A DNA stretch of 11,573 nt from an uncultured bacterium (GCA_905214825.1 CAJMNV010000059.1:1-11573), one strand, 5' to 3'; positions 1-7,984 are shown, counted from the first letter of the stretch. Notes: generated from the sequence alone by a model not told the origin. Program-made: numbers and translations.

Positions 1-1
1 A

Positions 2-125
2 TATGTAGCATATTACATAGAAGGTGCATGGCAAATCACCCATGTCAACAGTGACTACGAAGCAAAAAATTTCATTGCCAAAAGAACAGGGGCAGATTAT
101 GGATTTTTGATATTAGACGATTAAG
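2..125 (+). CDS. 3' end (C-terminal about 41 aa) of an unidentified upstream protein-coding gene that enters the window from the left
   Basis: Frame 2 runs stop-free from the window edge to TAA at 123-125 (..YVAYYIEGAWQITHVNSDYEAKNFIAKRTGADYGFLILDD*). ybaK starts 22 nt downstream. No start codon lies within the window, so this is partial. Confidence 0.3.
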
Positions 126-146
126 CGAAAACGAGGCGATATTTCC

Positions 147-629
147 ATGACAAAAACAAATGCTATGCGATTGCTTGAAAAAGCAGGCATTGCTTATCAA
201 ACAGCAAGCTATACTTATGAAGACACAGAACATTCCGGCTTACATGCCGCAAAAGCCATTGGTATGCCACCAGAACAGGTATTCAAAACATTGGTTGTGC
301 GTGGGGACAAAACAGGGATTTTTGTTTGTTGTATCCCCGTTGACCGTGAATTGGATTTGAAAAAAGCAGCTATATTATCCAAAAACAAAAAAGTAGAAAT
401 GACACACGTAAAAGAATTACTCAATTTGACAGGTTATATACGAGGTGGTTGTTCTCCAGTTGGTATGAAAAAGAAATATCCTACATGGATAGATGAAACA
501 GCCATGCTTTATGATACCATTGCTGTTAGTGCAGGTTTGCGGGGGCAACAACTCATCTTACCTCCTGCGGATTTGGTGGCATTTCTTTGTGCACATCAAG
601 GCGATTTGACCACAGAACTACATATCTGA
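147..629 (+). CDS. ybaK: Cys-tRNA(Pro)/Cys-tRNA(Cys) deacylase, YbaK/ProX trans-editing family
   Basis: 160-aa ORF with hallmark YbaK motifs (PEQVFKTLVV with the conserved Lys, KKVEM, TGYIRGGCSPVG, SAGLRG). Its length is typical for the family. A weak GAGG RBS sits 9 nt upstream of the ATG. Confidence 0.9.
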   Translation: MTKTNAMRLLEKAGIAYQTASYTYEDTEHSGLHAAKAIGMPPEQVFKTLVVRGDKTGIFVCCIPVDRELDLKKAAILSKNKKVEMTHVKELLNLTGYIRGGCSPVGMKKKYPTWIDETAMLYDTIAVSAGLRGQQLILPPADLVAFLCAHQGDLTTELHI

Positions 630-653
630 TATGAAAAACAAGAACACAAAAAA

Positions 654-698
654 GGCAAGCAGAACAAACAAAACTTCTGCTTGCCTTATCATTTTTTC
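654..698. terminator. Bidirectional rho-independent terminator shared by ybaK (+) and the convergent orphan gene (-)
   Basis: 11-bp perfect stem GGCAAGCAGAA (654-664) / TTCTGCTTGCC (675-685) with a 10-nt loop. It is followed by TTATCATTTTTTC on the plus strand. On the minus strand a T-run (complement of the A-run at 641-652) follows the stem. Confidence 0.65.
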
Positions 699-726
699 AA
701 ATGGACAAATTGTGATAAATCAAATT

Positions 727-1149
727 TTAATCCGTTACTTCATAAATAATATTGCCTGTGTAATAAAGAGAAATCGACATATCAATCAGATGTTCTTTGT
801 TGGGAAGTGATAAGTAGCCTGCATAAACAATGGTATGGTATCCATATGTTTCATCTACAATTTCAAATGAAAAATGATTATAATCTTTCATAAACTTTGG
901 AATTTCCATCTTTTTTCCGATGAAGTCCCCATAAGCTCCATTGTCACTTAAAAAATGGATATATGAAAAATCAAAATCCACATTTTCTATCAAAATATTG
1001 CCTGCAACTTGTGAAAAATTTTCTTTTGTTTCGACATAACCTTCATCAAAATAAAATCTGATATTTTTCCCAATTATTTCTACCTTGCTTGTTCTCATAT
1101 CATGCAAACTATATGGAATGGTTGATTGAAATTGATAAACAACATTCAT
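727..1149 (-). CDS. Hypothetical protein, 140 aa, no recognisable family; markedly AT-rich compared with its neighbours
   Basis: Clean ORF with an AGGAAGAG RBS (complement of 1153-1162) a few nt upstream of the ATG at 1149. The product is aromatic/Asp-rich with no TM segments and no signal peptide. The stop sits directly before the shared terminator. Confidence 0.6.
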   Translation of the reverse strand: MNVVYQFQSTIPYSLHDMRTSKVEIIGKNIRFYFDEGYVETKENFSQVAGNILIENVDFDFSYIHFLSDNGAYGDFIGKKMEIPKFMKDYNHFSFEIVDETYGYHTIVYAGYLSLPNKEHLIDMSISLYYTGNIIYEVTD

Positions 1150-1211
1150 TTCAAACTCTTCCTTTCAAACTCCAATTTCAGAATACCTATATAATACAGT
1201 TATTTTTTTGA

Positions 1212-1985
1212 TTACAAATATAAAGTGTTTTCTTTTCTTGTGGAACAAGCAGCTCCCAAACGCTCTATCAGCATATCCAACACTGGTGCAGGAATACTTC
1301 TTGCTTTTTCTGGACAGATGGCAATACATCCCATACAAGAAATACATTTTTGTTTGTCTGTGGTATTTGGCTTTTCTTTTGGAATTGCCCCTGTTGGACA
1401 GTGGTCAGCACAAATGCCGCAACCTTTACAAACATCATCACAAACAGGCACAAGACCTGTACTATAATATGTGATATATGGGTGATTTCCTGGTATTTTT
1501 GTTGTTGGCTGTATGGATTTTTCCATTTTTGTTTTGATTTGTTCCCCAAATGCACATAATTGTTTGCAATCCTCTGTTGTTGGGCGGTCTTTTCCAAAAC
1601 AATGCATAATAGAATGTTCTGTCACAGCACCAATGCCTGACACCACCACAAATCCCTGTTTTTGCAAAATATTCTGCAATTCCAGCAAAGTATCATCAAA
1701 TGCTCTGTTGCCAAATGTTACAACGGCAATGGCAGGTGTATGATTTCCGTGCAGTTTTTGCAAGCGTTTTACGGCTGTTTCTGGCACTCTGCCGCCAAAT
1801 GCAGGCACACCCACAATCAAAATTTCTTGTTCTGTCATCGTATAACTTTGTTCTGCCAATGCAAATGGTGTCATATCGATTTCTTTTTTTGACACACATC
1901 TCCAAGCCTGCCCCACGCTACAAACTGCTTTTTGTGTTGTACCACAAGGACTAAAATAAGCCTGTATGATTTGTTTGTATTCCAT
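1212..1985 (-). CDS. EFR1-type ferredoxin: N-terminal flavodoxin-like domain plus C-terminal 2x[4Fe-4S] ferredoxin domain
   Basis: The protein begins MEYKQIIQAYFSPCGTTQKA, a typical flavodoxin-like N-terminus. Two classical cluster motifs are present, CKGCGICADHCP and CISCMGCIAICP. The ATG at 1983-1985 is preceded by AGGGAGAA (complement of 1990-1997). The upstream in-frame extension in the ORF track (to 2051) lacks an RBS and was trimmed. Confidence 0.8.
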   Translation of the reverse strand: MEYKQIIQAYFSPCGTTQKAVCSVGQAWRCVSKKEIDMTPFALAEQSYTMTEQEILIVGVPAFGGRVPETAVKRLQKLHGNHTPAIAVVTFGNRAFDDTLLELQNILQKQGFVVVSGIGAVTEHSIMHCFGKDRPTTEDCKQLCAFGEQIKTKMEKSIQPTTKIPGNHPYITYYSTGLVPVCDDVCKGCGICADHCPTGAIPKEKPNTTDKQKCISCMGCIAICPEKARSIPAPVLDMLIERLGAACSTRKENTLYL

Positions 1986-2078
1986 AATATTCTCCCTCTT
2001 TCCATTCAAATTATATTTATCATACACCCTTTTTCTTTGTCCTACAATCAAAAATATATCGTCAACGCCATCATTCTA

Positions 2079-2087
2079 TGATATAAT
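2079..2087 (+). promoter_or_regulatory. Putative extended -10 element (TGaTATAAT) for the membrane-protein/pdp/deoB unit
   Basis: TG at 2079-2080, one spacer nt, then a perfect TATAAT at 2082-2087. The -35 is poor (TCGTCA/GTCAAC around 2059-2066), which is acceptable for extended -10 promoters. It lies 9 nt before the AAGGTGGG RBS. Confidence 0.3.
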
Positions 2088-2110
2088 TGAGTAAAAAGGT
2101 GGGATTTATA

Positions 2111-2638
2111 TTGAAAACAGCAAAACTTTTTGTTATTGGTATATATTTACATTTGATACTCAGCATTTTCATACCCATTCATATTGTATTGCAAGGAAGC
2201 TGGAATGCTGTCAGCATAACAGAATTTTGGCTTTATTTCTTTATGGTTGGTGTGGTACAAATTCTTGGTTGGGTGTATGTTGGTATGGCTGTGAAAACAT
2301 ATGGGCAACATAACACAGAAAAAATAAAAAAAGGCTTTACGCTTTGCAAATTGGCTACAATCCCATTTTATATTTTAAATTTTATGTATAGTTTTTTTGT
2401 TTGGTTTACATTGGTTGGTGCTTCTCGTGGGATTTTGATTTTTTTGGTTCCTATTCCTATCACCATCACTTGCCTTTTTGTCATACAAAGTGGTTGTGTT
2501 GGTGTTTGTTACATCAAATGTTTAAAAAAACAAGGATTGACACCATCAGGCTGGCATTTCTTGTTGCAATTTTTGCCTGTATTTGATGTCATCAGCACCA
2601 TATATTTACTGAAAAAATATCCCATAACACAAAAATAA
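2111..2638 (+). CDS. Small integral membrane protein (about 175 aa, 5 predicted TM helices), unknown family
   Basis: Five hydrophobic 20-27-aa stretches separated by short K/R-containing loops. AAGGTGGG (2096-2103) lies 7 nt upstream of TTG 2111. The ORF-track start TTG 2087 is in frame but overlaps the putative -10 and has no RBS. The TAA at 2636-2638 overlaps the pdp RBS. Confidence 0.5.
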   Translation: MKTAKLFVIGIYLHLILSIFIPIHIVLQGSWNAVSITEFWLYFFMVGVVQILGWVYVGMAVKTYGQHNTEKIKKGFTLCKLATIPFYILNFMYSFFVWFTLVGASRGILIFLVPIPITITCLFVIQSGCVGVCYIKCLKKQGLTPSGWHFLLQFLPVFDVISTIYLLKKYPITQK

Positions 2639-2650
2639 GGAGTGATTTGC

Positions 2651-3964
2651 ATGAATTTTCAAGACATTATCATCAAAAAAAGAGAAAAACAAACACTCAC
2701 AGAACAAGAAATTGCATATTTTATCCAAGGGGTCACAGATGGTAGTATTCCAGATTATCAAATTTCTGCATTATTGATGGCAATTTTTCTCAATGGTATG
2801 CAGACACAGGAAACGGCATATTTGACCATGGAAATGGCAAACTCCGGCAAATTATTTGATTTGCATGAAGTTTCCGGTTATAAAGTGGATAAACACAGTA
2901 CAGGCGGTGTGGCAGACACCACCACACTGATATTAGCCCCTTTGGTGGCTTCTATGGGTGTACCTGTTGTCAAAATGAGTGGACGTGGTTTGGGATTTTC
3001 TGGTGGTACGATTGACAAACTGGAATCAATTCCCAATTTTTGTGTAAACATTAGCGAACAACAAGCCATTGCATTTGCACAAAAAAGCAATTTGGTATTG
3101 ATGGGGCAAACAGACAACCTCACACCTGCGGACAAAAAGCTATACGCTTTGCGAGATGTCACAGGAACTGTAGACAGTTTGCCACTCATTGCGGCAAGCA
3201 TTATGTCAAAAAAAATTGCCGCTGGGGCAAATGGCATTGTATTGGACGTCAAATGTGGCAATGGGGCTTTTATGAAAACAAAAGAAGAAGCCAAAGCATT
3301 GGCAAATATTATGGTGGAAATGGGCACGCATGTTGGCAGAGATGTTACCGCAATCATCAGTGGTATGGAACAACCGCTTGGTATGTATATTGGCAACAGT
3401 CTGGAAGTCATGGAAGCCATAGAAGTATTAAAAGGCAATGTCAATGGTGATTTATTGGAAGTATCTTTGTTGTTGGGGGCAAATATGCTTTTGCTTGCCA
3501 AACGTGTACAAACAGAAGAAGAAGGAAAAGCATTGCTTTTGCAACAAATAAAAAATGGAAAAGGGTTAGAAAAATTCAGAGAATTGCTTTTGCAACAAGG
3601 TGGCAACTCCAATATCATTGAACAACCTGTTTTGTTGCCGCTTTCCCCTTGCAGATACACCGTCACAGCGTCACAAAGTGGGTACATCACACATATGAAC
3701 ACCGCAAAAATCGGTCGTGCTTCACAAGAGACAGGTGCAGGCAGAGCATACAAAACACAACCTTTGGATTTTGGTGCAGGTATTGTCATGCAAAAACGAC
3801 TTGGGGAAACAATAGAAAAAGGCGAACCTTTGGCAGTGCTTTACAGCAGTACAGACGAAAAATGTCGTTCTGCGGCAAAAATTTTGGAAACAGCATTTAC
3901 CATATCCCAAGAGCCTGCACCACTGCCACCTTTGGTGTATGAAATTATTAGAAAGGATAGATGA
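2651..3964 (+). CDS. pdp: Pyrimidine-nucleoside (thymidine) phosphorylase
   Basis: 437 aa. Conserved [12 protein letters not shown] phosphate-binding motif, [16 protein letters not shown], and the usual alpha/beta C-terminal domain. AAGGAG (2637-2642) lies 8 nt upstream of ATG 2651. The ORF-track GTG 2642 extension is unlikely. Confidence 0.9.
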   Translation: MNFQDIIIKKREKQTLTEQEIAYFIQGVTDGSIPDYQISALLMAIFLNGMQTQETAYLTMEMANSGKLFDLHEVSGYKVDKHSTGGVADTTTLILAPLVASMGVPVVKMSGRGLGFSGGTIDKLESIPNFCVNISEQQAIAFAQKSNLVLMGQTDNLTPADKKLYALRDVTGTVDSLPLIAASIMSKKIAAGANGIVLDVKCGNGAFMKTKEEAKALANIMVEMGTHVGRDVTAIISGMEQPLGMYIGNSLEVMEAIEVLKGNVNGDLLEVSLLLGANMLLLAKRVQTEEEGKALLLQQIKNGKGLEKFRELLLQQGGNSNIIEQPVLLPLSPCRYTVTASQSGYITHMNTAKIGRASQETGAGRAYKTQPLDFGAGIVMQKRLGETIEKGEPLAVLYSSTDEKCRSAAKILETAFTISQEPAPLPPLVYEIIRKDR

Positions 3965-5145
3965 TTATGAAAAGAGCGATTATTGTTGTATTAGATAGTG
4001 TTGGTATTGGTGAGCTGCCAGATGCCGCTGATTTCGGCGATGTTGGCAGTAACACATTGGTAAATATCAAAAAAGCAAGACCACAAACCAGTTTGCCAAA
4101 TATGGCTGCTTTAGGGCTTGGCAATATACAAGGTGAAGATATTGCATTGCTTGGCAAAGTGGAACAGCCAAAAGGTGCATATTGCAAAATGGCTGAAAAA
4201 TCCATTGGCAAAGACACAACAACAGGACATTGGGAAATGGCAGGTGTCATCACAGCAAAACCTTTTCCCACATTCACAGAAACCGGTTTCCCTAAAGAAA
4301 TTATGGACAAATTTGAACAAGCCATTGGCACAAAAACATTGGGCAACTATGCTGCATCTGGAACAGTTATCATACAAGACTTGGGTGATGAACATGTCAA
4401 AACAGGATACCCAATCATTTATACTTCTGCGGACAGTGTATTCCAAATTGCCGCACATGAAGATGTTATTCCTGTTCCAAAACTGTATGAAATCTGCGAA
4501 ACAGCCAGAAAATTGCTGACAGGCGACTATGGTGTTGCTCGTGTTATTGCCAGACCTTTTGTTGGCGAAAGTGGTAATTATACTCGTACCAAAAACAGAA
4601 AAGACTTTTCTTTGGAACCCACAGGCACAACCATATTGGATTTGGCAAAAGAAAAAGGGTTTAATGTGACTGCGATTGGTAAAATCGAAGACATTTTTGA
4701 ACATCGTGGCATGACACGCACAGACCACACCACAAACAATGCAGATGGTATCGAAAAAACCATATTATATACCAAAGAAGATTTTGAAGGTATTTTGTTC
4801 ACCAATTTGGTAGACACAGATATGATTTATGGACACCGCAATGATATTGAAGGGTATGCAAGTGCTTTGGAATATTTTGACGGCAAATTGCCTGAAATCA
4901 TGGCATCTATGCATGATGATGATATTTTGTTTATCACTGCAGACCACGGTTGTGATCCCACAACCCCCAGCACAGACCATTCCCGTGAATATGTGCCGCT
5001 TTTGGTATATGGCAAAAATGTCAAAGCAGGCGTTGACTTGGGTGTACGCAAATCTTTTGCGGATTTGGGGCAAACCATATCTGATTATTTGGGATTGGGT
5101 GCAACATTTGAAGCTGAAAGCTTTTTACAAGATATTTTAAAATAA
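3961..5145 (+). CDS. deoB: Phosphopentomutase
   Basis: 394 aa. N-terminus [17 protein letters not shown] and internal DHGCDPT / [10 protein letters not shown] are hallmarks of the DeoB metalloenzyme family. The start overlaps the pdp stop (ATGA, 3961-3964). An alternative ATG lies at 3967. Confidence 0.9.
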   Translation: MIMKRAIIVVLDSVGIGELPDAADFGDVGSNTLVNIKKARPQTSLPNMAALGLGNIQGEDIALLGKVEQPKGAYCKMAEKSIGKDTTTGHWEMAGVITAKPFPTFTETGFPKEIMDKFEQAIGTKTLGNYAASGTVIIQDLGDEHVKTGYPIIYTSADSVFQIAAHEDVIPVPKLYEICETARKLLTGDYGVARVIARPFVGESGNYTRTKNRKDFSLEPTGTTILDLAKEKGFNVTAIGKIEDIFEHRGMTRTDHTTNNADGIEKTILYTKEDFEGILFTNLVDTDMIYGHRNDIEGYASALEYFDGKLPEIMASMHDDDILFITADHGCDPTTPSTDHSREYVPLLVYGKNVKAGVDLGVRKSFADLGQTISDYLGLGATFEAESFLQDILK

Positions 5146-5153
5146 AATAATCA

Positions 5154-5190
5154 AGAGGCGTTTTCTCTGGAATACGCCTCTTTTATATAT
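5154..5190. terminator. Bidirectional rho-independent terminator between the convergent deoB (+) and ydjI-like (-) genes
   Basis: Stem AGAGGCGT (5154-5161) / ACGCCTCT (5174-5181) with a 12-nt loop. It is followed by TTTTATATATATTG on the plus strand. On the minus strand the stem is followed by a T-rich tail, the complement of AAATAAAATAATCA at 5140-5153. Confidence 0.65.
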
Positions 5191-5203
5191 ATTGTTTTAT
5201 GTA

Positions 5204-6223
5204 TTACAATTTTTGTCCACAGCTACTGCAAAATTTATCATCTGTCCCTACTTTGCCACCACAAGACGGACAAAATGCTGTGGTTGCCAATTTTTGTCCA
5301 CAACCACTGCAAAATTTATCAGTGTCTCCAACAGATGCACCACAAGATGTGCAATGTCTACCCTGATTTTGTGGTTGTGTCGGTTTTGGCATTTGTTGCA
5401 TCATTTGCTGTGCCATCTGCATACCTGTTGCCATACCAAAGCCCATATTTGCCATATTGCCTGCGTCATTTCCTTTATCTAAGCCATCAGACAATTTTCC
5501 TTGTTGGTATCTACCCATATCACCAACCATATGATAACCAGCTGCGTTTGTAATTTTTTCCTGTATTTCCTGCGGATAGCTGAAACTGGCAATTTGTATC
5601 CCTGTTGTGGTGATACCGATTTTGTACAATTCCATATCCAAATCTTCTTGCATACCTTTTGCAATTTCATATGCACTCGCTTGCAAATGGAACATATCTT
5701 TGCCTTCTTTTAATATCCATTTCATCAAAATCTGGTCTAATACACTCAACATTCTTGTTTTGACATCTTCCACAGAAAATGTATCTTTAATACCTGCAAC
5801 CGTATCAATCAATCGCACATAATCTGCCACTTTGATTTGAAAAGTGCCAAATGCACGAATTGGCAATCCCCCCGGTAAACCTTCATATGGGATATGGATT
5901 GCATTTTTTGTGCCCCATTTGATGGTCAATTCTTTTGTGTTGACAAAAAGCACTTCTGCACGCATACCACTATTGAATCCAAATCGAAACCCTTTTAATG
6001 TGCTTAAAAACGGTATAATCTGGCTTTCAATATCATAACTGCCTTCATCAGTAAAAATACCTTCTATTTTTCCATTAAACAAAAATATGGCATCTTGTGC
6101 GGGACGAATAACCAAACGACTACCTTTTTTGATTTCATCATTGTGCCATTTATGGAATATCAAACTATCATCATATTCTTGCCATTCCACAACGTTTTGA
6201 AATTGATTTCCAAACAAACCCAT
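5204..6223 (-). CDS. SPFH/band-7 (flotillin-like) domain protein with C-terminal tandem zinc ribbons; YdjI-like partner of PspA
   Basis: 339 aa. The N-terminal about 250 aa align in my reading with Bacillus subtilis YdjI (MxxFxNQxxNVVEWxEyxDxxIFxKW...GSRLxIRPxQDAxF...IPFLSTLKGFxFGFNSGMRAEVLFVNTKE). The C-terminus carries two copies of CxxC-x11-CxxC. A GGGGTGAG RBS lies 5 nt before the ATG, 14 nt after the pspA stop. Confidence 0.85.
   Translation of the reverse strand: MGLFGNQFQNVVEWQEYDDSLIFHKWHNDEIKKGSRLVIRPAQDAIFLFNGKIEGIFTDEGSYDIESQIIPFLSTLKGFRFGFNSGMRAEVLFVNTKELTIKWGTKNAIHIPYEGLPGGLPIRAFGTFQIKVADYVRLIDTVAGIKDTFSVEDVKTRMLSVLDQILMKWILKEGKDMFHLQASAYEIAKGMQEDLDMELYKIGITTTGIQIASFSYPQEIQEKITNAAGYHMVGDMGRYQQGKLSDGLDKGNDAGNMANMGFGMATGMQMAQQMMQQMPKPTQPQNQGRHCTSCGASVGDTDKFCSGCGQKLATTAFCPSCGGKVGTDDKFCSSCGQKL
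5207..5329. repeat. Intragenic tandem duplication (81-bp period) encoding two zinc-ribbon modules
   Basis: 5207-5248 and 5288-5329 are about 36/42 nt identical (CAATTTTTGTCCACAgCtACTGCAAAATTTATCA...). They encode ..DKFCSSCGQKL and ..DKFCSGCGQKLA on the minus strand. Confidence 0.6.
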
Positions 6224-6237
6224 GTTTTCTCACCCCA

Positions 6238-6918
6238 TCACTTGCCCAATTTTGCTTTCAAAGCTGCCAATTCATCATCTACTGCACTATTTTGTGTTTT
6301 GGTATTGTCATCATATTTTGCCATCAAATCTGTTATACTGTCTTGTTTTGTGTTCAATTCTGCCATTGCTTCGGCTTCGTCCAGTTTCCTGTTCAATTTT
6401 TCTTCCAAGGCATCAAATGCAGACAAACTGTTGCCGCCTAAATCGGTTTTCATGCTATTTGCTTTTTCTTGTGATTTTACCATTGCTGCTTTCGCACGAA
6501 TTGCTGCTTTGCGTTCTTGCACCTGTCTGAGCTGTTCTGTCAATTTATCATGCATTTCTCTCATTTTTGTTGCATTTGCTGCTGCCAAATTCCAGCTGGC
6601 CTTCAATGTTTCTGCTTGTGTTGTTTTTGCAGATTTTTCAGACAAAAATGTTCTGGCATCATTATCATTGCCCTGCATAATGGCTTTTTCTGCATATTTT
6701 TGCATTTTTTCTACTTCTGCCAAACAATCATCATATGCACGTTTTGTGCGTTTTTCTTCTGCCATGATAGAAACGGTTTCTGCTTTGACTTCGCCTAAGT
6801 CTTTTTCCAAATCCCTTGCTAGTTGGTCAGCCATTTTCACTGGGTCTTCCGCTTTATCTAGTAATGCATTGATATTTGCTTCCATAATTGTTTTAAATCT
6901 GCTCAATATACCTGCCAT
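6238..6918 (-). CDS. pspA: PspA/IM30 (phage-shock protein A / LiaH-like) membrane-stress coiled-coil protein
   Basis: 226 aa, all-helical and K/E/A-rich. The N-terminus SRFKTIMEANINALLDKAEDP and the C-terminal VDDELAALKAKL are near-identical to Bacillus PspA/LiaH as I recall them. An AGGAGG RBS (complement of 6926-6931) precedes the ATG at 6918. Confidence 0.85.
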   Translation of the reverse strand: MAGILSRFKTIMEANINALLDKAEDPVKMADQLARDLEKDLGEVKAETVSIMAEEKRTKRAYDDCLAEVEKMQKYAEKAIMQGNDNDARTFLSEKSAKTTQAETLKASWNLAAANATKMREMHDKLTEQLRQVQERKAAIRAKAAMVKSQEKANSMKTDLGGNSLSAFDALEEKLNRKLDEAEAMAELNTKQDSITDLMAKYDDNTKTQNSAVDDELAALKAKLGK

Positions 6919-6938
6919 TGTGATAGCCTCCTTTGGTT

Positions 6939-6967
6939 TTTATATGTTATCTTTCTCCCAATTTCAA
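6939..6967 (-). promoter_or_regulatory. Putative sigma-A promoter for pspA and the ydjI-like gene, nested in the last codons of tsaD
   Basis: Minus strand reads TTGAAA (complement of 6962-6967), a 17-nt spacer, then TATAAA (complement of 6939-6944). The -35 overlaps tsaD codons for ..LKLGER*. This gives a leader of about 20 nt containing the AGGAGG RBS. Confidence 0.35.
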
Positions 6968-7981
6968 ACTTGGACTTGCATTCAAATCCAAACCATCTCT
7001 CACGCCTGCTAAATATTCATAATAGGCGGCACAACCAATCATTGCTGCATTGTCTGTGCAAAGTATGGGAGATGGAATACTGAGTATAAAACCTTCTGTT
7101 TCACAAGCAATTTGCATATGTTCTCGCAAACAAGAATTTGATGCCACACCGCCTGCCAGTGCAATTTTGGAAACTCCTTTTTCTTTTGCTGCTTTTATGG
7201 TTTTTGTCACCAATACTTCCACCACCGCTTGTTGAAAACTTGCGGCAATATCTTCTGGCACAATGGGTTGTTCCATCATTTTTTGTTTATTGACATAATT
7301 CAGTACAGCAGATTTCAAACCACTAAAACTAAAATCATAACTATCTTCTTCCAAAAATACCCTTGGAAATTTCACAGCATTTGGATTTCCTTTTTTTGCG
7401 GCAGCATCAATTTTGGGGCCTCCCGGATACCCCATGCCAATGGCTCTTGCCACTTTGTCATATGCTTCCCCTGCGGCATCGTCACGTGTTCTACCAATAA
7501 TTTCATATTTGCCATAATCAGACACATACACCAAATGCGAATGTCCACCCGATACCACCAATGTCATATAAGGTGGTGCAAAATCTTTGTTTTCAATATA
7601 ATTGGCACAAATATGTCCCTCAATATGATGTACGCCAATCAAAGGCTTATTTACAGCAAATGCTAATGCTTTTGCTTCTGCCAACCCCACAAGCAATGCC
7701 CCCACAAGCCCAGGTCCATATGTGACACCAATGGCGTCCACATCAGACAATGTCATATCTGCTTGTTGTAATGCCTGCGTAATCACACCATCAATGGCTT
7801 CCATGTGTTTTCTGGACGCAATTTCTGGCACAACACCACCATACAATGTATGCAAATCAATTTGTGATGATATAACATTGGAAAGCACTTCTCTCCCATT
7901 TCTGACAACTGCTGCCGCTGTTTCGTCACAAGAGCTTTCGATTGCCAATATCAATATATCTTTTTGTTTTGTTTGTTCCAT
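6947..7981 (-). CDS. tsaD: tRNA N6-adenosine(37) threonylcarbamoyltransferase TsaD (Kae1/Gcp/YgjD family)
   Basis: 344 aa. N-terminus [16 protein letters not shown] and metal-binding HHIEGH, plus VSGGHSHL and GYPGGPKID, are diagnostic of the family. A GGAAGG RBS is embedded in the last codons of rnz. There are 3 nt between the rnz stop and the tsaD ATG. Confidence 0.9.
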   Translation of the reverse strand: MEQTKQKDILILAIESSCDETAAAVVRNGREVLSNVISSQIDLHTLYGGVVPEIASRKHMEAIDGVITQALQQADMTLSDVDAIGVTYGPGLVGALLVGLAEAKALAFAVNKPLIGVHHIEGHICANYIENKDFAPPYMTLVVSGGHSHLVYVSDYGKYEIIGRTRDDAAGEAYDKVARAIGMGYPGGPKIDAAAKKGNPNAVKFPRVFLEEDSYDFSFSGLKSAVLNYVNKQKMMEQPIVPEDIAASFQQAVVEVLVTKTIKAAKEKGVSKIALAGGVASNSCLREHMQIACETEGFILSIPSPILCTDNAAMIGCAAYYEYLAGVRDGLDLNASPSLKLGER

Positions 7982-7984
7982 AAA

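Noticed and set aside
1208-1954. Cluster of 60-109-aa ORFs on both strands overlapping the ferredoxin gene
   Set aside because: They are overlapped by a gene with unmistakable Fe-S and flavodoxin motifs. None has an RBS or a recognisable product.
1986-2051. N-terminal 22-codon extension of the ferredoxin ORF (MIVGQRKRVYDKYNLNGKRENI)
   Set aside because: The internal ATG at 1983-1985 has a strong AGGGAGAA RBS and yields the canonical MEYKQII flavodoxin-type N-terminus. The upstream ATG has no RBS and would overlap the divergent promoter region.
2087-2110. TTG 2087 as start of the membrane protein (ORF-track start)
   Set aside because: It overlaps the best -10 candidate (TATAAT 2082-2087) and has no RBS. 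The in-frame TTG at 2111 sits 7 nt after AAGGTGGG, so 2111 is preferred. GTG 2099 lies inside the RBS.
2878-3789. 303-aa minus-strand ORF antisense to pdp
   Set aside because: It lies fully inside a confidently assigned conserved gene. It has no RBS, and the translation is low-complexity (S/P/C/F-rich) with no family resemblance. The length is notable for a low-GC genome, but it is best explained by codon constraints of the sense gene.
4111-4728. 205-aa minus-strand ORF and several 80-130-aa ORFs antisense to or within deoB (4118-4519, 4578-4817, 4765-5078, 4829-5140)
   Set aside because: All are embedded in deoB, lack ribosome-binding sites, and give Cys/Phe-rich nonsense translations.
6095-7012. 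305-aa plus-strand ORF antisense to pspA and the start of the ydjI-like gene
   Set aside because: It is the mirror of a K/E/A-rich coiled-coil gene, so the antisense is F/L/S/A-rich and naturally stop-poor. It has no RBS and crosses the pspA/ydjI intergenic region. This is a classic shadow ORF.
6947-7110. Sigma-W type promoter (TGAAAC-N16-CGTA) upstream of pspA, as in Bacillus subtilis
   Set aside because: The only TGAAAC on the minus strand (complement of 7098-7103) has no CGTA at the correct spacing and is about 180 nt upstream. The sigma-A-like TTGAAA-17-TATAAA element fits much better, so no ECF-sigma promoter is claimed.
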